From Candidatus Bathyarchaeota archaeon (GTDB taxonomy: Archaea > Thermoproteota > Bathyarchaeia > Bathyarchaeales > Bathyarchaeaceae): 40,186 bases of DNA. The DNA lies in contig CP070749.1 in assembly GCA_020348365.1 (NCBI GenBank), positions 685,346-725,531 on the forward strand. The letters are read 5' to 3'. Each line of letters starts with the position of its first letter. Positions within the stretch are counted from its first letter, which is position 1. Both the position numbers and the translations under genes were made by a program. Shown here in pieces: positions 36,132 through 40,186 of the stretch. The notes beneath the pieces are model-generated. The model saw only the letters and a program-made list of their open reading frames with translations. It did not search any database and was not told the origin of the DNA.

Positions 36132-39100
36132 TTGGGCGTAAAGATGAGTGAAGAGTACCAAAGTTACATTCTCGGTTTAGAGGGTAAGCTAGCAAAGATA
36201 TACGGAGTCGCGAGAGAGGCTAGGAAGAAGGGATTGGACCCAAATCTTAGCCCAGAGCCTAAGGTGGCAAAGGACTTAGCCGAACTCGTACAAGGATTAG
36301 TTGGGCCTCCACAAGTCGCTGAAACCATAAGAGAGCTGAGCCAGAAGCTCCCGAGAGAGGAGCTTGCATTCAAAATAGCAGAAGATATTGTCTACGGGAA
36401 ATTTGGGCATATGGAGGCTCCCGAAGCCGCTGAGCAGGCTATTAGAACCGCCCTCGCTATACTAACCGAAGGGATTACCGCCGCACCCTTACAGGGTGTG
36501 GCAAGAGTAGCCATAAAGGATAACCTCGATCGAACCAAGTACCTAGCAATATATTACGCTGGTCCAATACGCGCAGCAGGCGGCACAGAACAAGCCCTAA
36601 CTCTGGTCATCGGTGACTCCGTCCGTCGGTTGTTGGCGCTCAATCGTTACAAGCCGACCGCAGAGGAGGTCGGGAGATTTGTTGAAGAGGTGCGACTTTA
36701 TGAAAGAACTGTGTCTAGGTTTCAGTATCACGTCTCCGACGAGGAACTGAGAAAAGCTATCCAGTCTATTCCAGTGGAGGTCACTGGCGTACAGTCAAAT
36801 CCATTTGAAGTCTCATCGTTCCGCAATCTACCGCGCATCGAAACAAACCGAGTGAGAGGCGGCGCCCTTCTCGTCGTGAACGATGGGGTTATCGGACGTT
36901 CCGCGAAGGTCTGGACGATAATAGAGAAACTAGGAATCGAAGGATGGGACTGGCTGAAGAATGTGAGGGAGATTAAAGAAAAGAAGACTGCAGGTTTTAT
37001 GGAGGATGTCATCGCAGGCCGCCCAATCTTCTCATTCCCCTCAAGACGTGGTGGCTTCAGGCTTCGCTACGGAAGAGCTCGCAACACCGGTCTGGCCGCA
37101 GTAGGCTTACACCCCGCGACCATGATGATTCTTCAGGGCTTCCCGGCTGCGGGCACCCAGTTACGCCTTGAAGGTCCTGGAAAGGCGGGGGTAGTTCTTC
37201 CCGTGGACGCCATAGAGCCCTCCATAGTCCGTCTTAGGGACGGGTCTGTTGTACGTGCTTCATCGCAGAACTTGGACGAGATAAAGAACGTGGTTGATAG
37301 GATTCTGTTTCTGGGCGACATTCTGATAGGCTTCGGTGACTTCTTGTACAACAATAAAACACTCCTCCAATCGGGCTTGACGGAGGAGTGGTGGTGTGAG
37401 GAACTTCGCGCAGCTGTAAGAAAGAGATTTGATGGTGATTTGGAGAAGGTCGCTGCTGCTGCGAAGATGTCTATAACACCTCTGGAGGAGATTCTGAGGG
37501 ATCCCTTTGGAAAAAGACCGACTGCTGAAGAAGCGATTTCATTAACCTTAGCTCTCGACGTGCCTCTGCACCCATTCTTCACCTATTTCTGGTCAGCCAT
37601 TTCTCCTGAGGAGTTACGGGAGTTGAGAGATTGGCTGTTGACTTCTGAAACCCAAATTGAGAACGGGGAATCCACTGATATTTCTGGCGTAATGGAAGAA
37701 CCGATTAAGCGAATACTTGAGAGAATCTGCATACCACACAGAATAGTGGAAGACCACATTAGAATTGAGGATGGCGATGCACATGTTTTCGGATTGTGTT
37801 TGGGACTGAAAGTTTCTGAGCGAGAAATCGACAAAGAGGAGTCGGTGCTTCAGAATATCAAACGGATTTCAGGCATATCCGTTAGAGAGAAAGCTCCTAC
37901 GTTTGTAGGCGCTCGGATGGGGCGCCCTGAAAAGGCTAAGAGACGAGAAATGAGACCAATGGTTCACGCTCTCTTTCCAACCGGCATGGCTGGCGGCTCT
38001 CGGCGTGATCTAGTAAAAGCAGCTGGAAAGGGCGTGATTGACATTGAGCTTGTGAGGAGGCGGTGCCCAGAATGCCGCGACGTAACTTCCAAGGCTTGGT
38101 GTCATAGATGTAGCGCAGAGACTATTCTCGAGAGATCTTGCCCAAGGTGTGGAAGGATTTCAGAGCAGAGTTTCTGTCCAGTCTGCAGAATTGCGACTAG
38201 AAGCTACACTAAACAACAGGTAAATCTTAAGGAGTCTGTGGATGAAGCTTGCGAGGGGCTGAACTTCCCTGCTCCAGAGCTTGTGAAGGGTGTGAGGGGT
38301 TTGATGAACGAAACGAAGACCCCGGAAATCCTTGAGAAGGGGATACTTCGAGCGAGATATGACCTGTCCGTTTTCAAGGATGGAACAATTCGATTTGACA
38401 CCACAAACGTTCCGTTGACGCATTTCAAGGCGAAGGAGATTGGTGTTTCTGTGGAGAAGCTTAAGCGACTGGGTTATTCTCATGATTGTGGCGGAGAGCC
38501 GCTTATCACTTCTGATCAGATGTGTGAGCTGAAGGTGCAGGATGTTGTTGTCCCGATGGAATGTGCTGAATATTTCATTCGCGTTGCGACTTTTCTGGAT
38601 GAGCTTCTTAAGAACGTGTACGCGCTTCCTCCACTTTACAGCGTTAGTGGAGTTGGAGATTTGGCAGGGCGCCTCGTTGTGGGTTTGGCTCCCCATACTT
38701 CTGTAGGCATCATAGGTCGGATCGTAGGGTTTACACCTCTGAATGTTTGTTATGCTCATCCCTTGTGGCATTCGGCGAAACGTAGGGACTGCGATGGTGA
38801 TGAGGACGCTTTGATGCTTGCTTTGGACACAGTGTTGAACTTCTCTAAGGCCTATTTGCCAGCTCAGACCGGTGGGATAATGGATGCACCGCTTTTCATT
38901 ATTCCTGTTGTGAATCCCGTTGAGGTGCAGCGACAGGCTCACGAGGTTGATGTTGCCTCGACCTATCCATTGGAGTTCTACGAGAAGGCTACGCAGGGGG
39001 TGTCGTCGCGGAGTGTCAGGGGACTCATAGACTTGGTTCAGCATAGACTGAACACTGAAGCACAGTTTGAAGGCTTTGGCTACACAGTTCCTGTCTCGGA

Positions 39101-39545
39101 TGTGAATATGGGTAATCGTGAAAGCACGTACAAGAAACTGGGACGGATGACTGAGAAGTTGAATAGCCAACTGACTTTGTCAGAGAAGATTGCCGCTGTT
39201 GATGCAAGTACCGTTGCTCTAAAGGTTCTCACGACACACTTCATCCGGGACATAATGGGTAATCTGCGCGCGTTTACAACCCAAAACTTCCGATGTAAGA
39301 ACTGCAGCAGACGGTTTAGGAGACTTCCTCTTCAGGGGAGGTGTCCCAGGTGTAATGGAGCCTTGCTTTTGACTGTGCATCGTGGTGGAATCGAGAAGTA
39401 TTTGGATGTAGCCCGTAAGCTTGTGAGGAGGTACGAGCTTCCTAGCTATTATGCTCAACGGCTTCTGCTGGTGGAGGACGAGATTCATTCGCTCTTTGAA
39501 GGAGACAAACCGAAGCAGATAAGCCTAGGAGACTTCATGGTTTGA
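36132..39545 (+). CDS. polC: DNA polymerase D large subunit DP2 (no intein seen)
   Basis: TEG..AAPLQG, AGPIRAAGGT, RLRYGR.RN.G, RMGRPEKA, FKDGT.RFD, LAPHTS and catalytic KRRDCDGDED, plus C-terminal Zn fingers. Confidence 0.97.
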   Translation: MGVKMSEEYQSYILGLEGKLAKIYGVAREARKKGLDPNLSPEPKVAKDLAELVQGLVGPPQVAETIRELSQKLPREELAFKIAEDIVYGKFGHMEAPEAAEQAIRTALAILTEGITAAPLQGVARVAIKDNLDRTKYLAIYYAGPIRAAGGTEQALTLVIGDSVRRLLALNRYKPTAEEVGRFVEEVRLYERTVSRFQYHVSDEELRKAIQSIPVEVTGVQSNPFEVSSFRNLPRIETNRVRGGALLVVNDGVIGRSAKVWTIIEKLGIEGWDWLKNVREIKEKKTAGFMEDVIAGRPIFSFPSRRGGFRLRYGRARNTGLAAVGLHPATMMILQGFPAAGTQLRLEGPGKAGVVLPVDAIEPSIVRLRDGSVVRASSQNLDEIKNVVDRILFLGDILIGFGDFLYNNKTLLQSGLTEEWWCEELRAAVRKRFDGDLEKVAAAAKMSITPLEEILRDPFGKRPTAEEAISLTLALDVPLHPFFTYFWSAISPEELRELRDWLLTSETQIENGESTDISGVMEEPIKRILERICIPHRIVEDHIRIEDGDAHVFGLCLGLKVSEREIDKEESVLQNIKRISGISVREKAPTFVGARMGRPEKAKRREMRPMVHALFPTGMAGGSRRDLVKAAGKGVIDIELVRRRCPECRDVTSKAWCHRCSAETILERSCPRCGRISEQSFCPVCRIATRSYTKQQVNLKESVDEACEGLNFPAPELVKGVRGLMNETKTPEILEKGILRARYDLSVFKDGTIRFDTTNVPLTHFKAKEIGVSVEKLKRLGYSHDCGGEPLITSDQMCELKVQDVVVPMECAEYFIRVATFLDELLKNVYALPPLYSVSGVGDLAGRLVVGLAPHTSVGIIGRIVGFTPLNVCYAHPLWHSAKRRDCDGDEDALMLALDTVLNFSKAYLPAQTGGIMDAPLFIIPVVNPVEVQRQAHEVDVASTYPLEFYEKATQGVSSRSVRGLIDLVQHRLNTEAQFEGFGYTVPVSDVNMGNRESTYKKLGRMTEKLNSQLTLSEKIAAVDASTVALKVLTTHFIRDIMGNLRAFTTQNFRCKNCSRRFRRLPLQGRCPRCNGALLLTVHRGGIEKYLDVARKLVRRYELPSYYAQRLLLVEDEIHSLFEGDKPKQISLGDFMV

Positions 39546-39560
39546 CATGCGCTTTTATAG

Positions 39561-39851
39561 ATGAATTTCGAATTATCTTGGGGGACTCTGTTGAGGGGAG
39601 CCTACCATCCAAAGGCCTTCTTGTCGCTGAAAAGAAACATTCGGCCAGGTCTAATCGCCAGAACCCAGATTGTTCTGCAGCTTGAAAAGGATGCCCTAAG
39701 CGTCAGAGACGTTGCACAGCATGCTAAGTTGAGCTACGCAGCAGCTCTGCATCATATTCGTCTTCTCGAAGCTGAGAATATACTAGTACGCAGAGGAAAG
39801 AAACCTTTTCGTTGGGAACTAACTGGTGTGGGACAGCAGAGATTGACATAA
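39561..39851 (+). CDS. Small ArsR-like winged-helix protein
   Basis: RTQIV..L...LSVRDVAQHAKLSY..ALHHIRLLEAENIL.R...PF.W.LTG.GQ. Confidence 0.75.
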   Translation: MNFELSWGTLLRGAYHPKAFLSLKRNIRPGLIARTQIVLQLEKDALSVRDVAQHAKLSYAAALHHIRLLEAENILVRRGKKPFRWELTGVGQQRLT

Positions 39852-39913
39852 CCTCACATGCGAAATCGCTTTATACCTCAAGGGTAGGAGTAAATAGTTC
39901 AGAGGTGCCATGG

Positions 39914-40048
39914 TTGCCGTATTGCAGGAAGTGTGGAGCTGCATTGAAAGATGAGGATATGTTCTGCCCGAAATGCGGGGTTCCCAAAACCGGAGAGGCG
40001 AAGAGAAAGCCGAAACCTGAGAGAACACCTGAAAAATGGTGGGGCTGA
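39914..40048 (+). CDS. Very small zinc-ribbon protein (44 aa; possibly truncated)
   Basis: GAGGTG SD-like motif, then TTG; MPYCRKCGAALKDEDMFCPKCG. Confidence 0.6.
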   Translation: MPYCRKCGAALKDEDMFCPKCGVPKTGEAKRKPKPERTPEKWWG

Positions 40049-40114
40049 CGCTTCCATCCACCAAAAACCTTAAAAATGTTCCTCACAGAACGATTTGAGG
40101 CGGAGAATACAAAA

Positions 40115-40186
40115 ATGGTTTATTGTACAAAATGTGGGGCGAAAAACGCAGATGACAGCAAAATCTGTACTCAATGTGGAGCGTCT
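40115..40186 (+). CDS. Zinc-ribbon domain protein, N-terminus only (runs off the window)
   Basis: MVYCTKCGAKNADDSKICTQCGAS, with GGAG upstream. Confidence 0.75.
   Translation, partial: MVYCTKCGAKNADDSKICTQCGAS

Noticed and set aside
38160..39170. 336-aa antisense ORF inside DP2
   Set aside because: It is a shadow frame of a conserved gene, His/Ser/Leu-rich, with no recognisable motif.
36132..39545. Intein in DP2
   Set aside because: The conserved motifs are contiguous, the length is normal, and no intein termini were seen.

Overview
Archaeal chromosomal DNA from the TACK lineage, most likely Bathyarchaeia. This is inferred from PolD (DP1/DP2) occurring with Elf1, TFS, Rpo4/Rpo11, Csl4, TiaS and GGGP synthase. 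Most of the window is core information-processing genes: srp54-pus10-rpl21e-rpo4-DUF655-rsmA, rpl16, dph2-METTL5-csl4-rpo11-DUF99-tfs, aIF5A and nob1. It also holds a probable replication origin, with cdc6/orc1, two inverted ORB boxes around an AT-rich segment (about 29835-30040) and both PolD genes nearby. The strongest novel signal lies just beyond the origin. There, an uncharacterised gene pair (a membrane-anchored coiled-coil/winged-helix protein and a small HTH-like protein) is interleaved with a dense array of TGTGAT/ATCACA repeats that runs up to the ORB. This is a candidate origin-to-membrane tethering or segregation system. Other items missed by the ORF track: a canonical box C/D guide sRNA (22013-22080, -), an intron-containing tRNA-Ser(CGA), a distant ORB-like site at 14113-14133 and a partial AOR gene at the left edge. 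Unusual proteins: an in-frame RsmA-HemK2 fusion, a PEP synthase with an inserted zinc ribbon, and a five-domain type IV pilin-like surface protein. No CRISPR array, transposase or integrase was seen. All calls come from reading motifs by eye; no searches were run.
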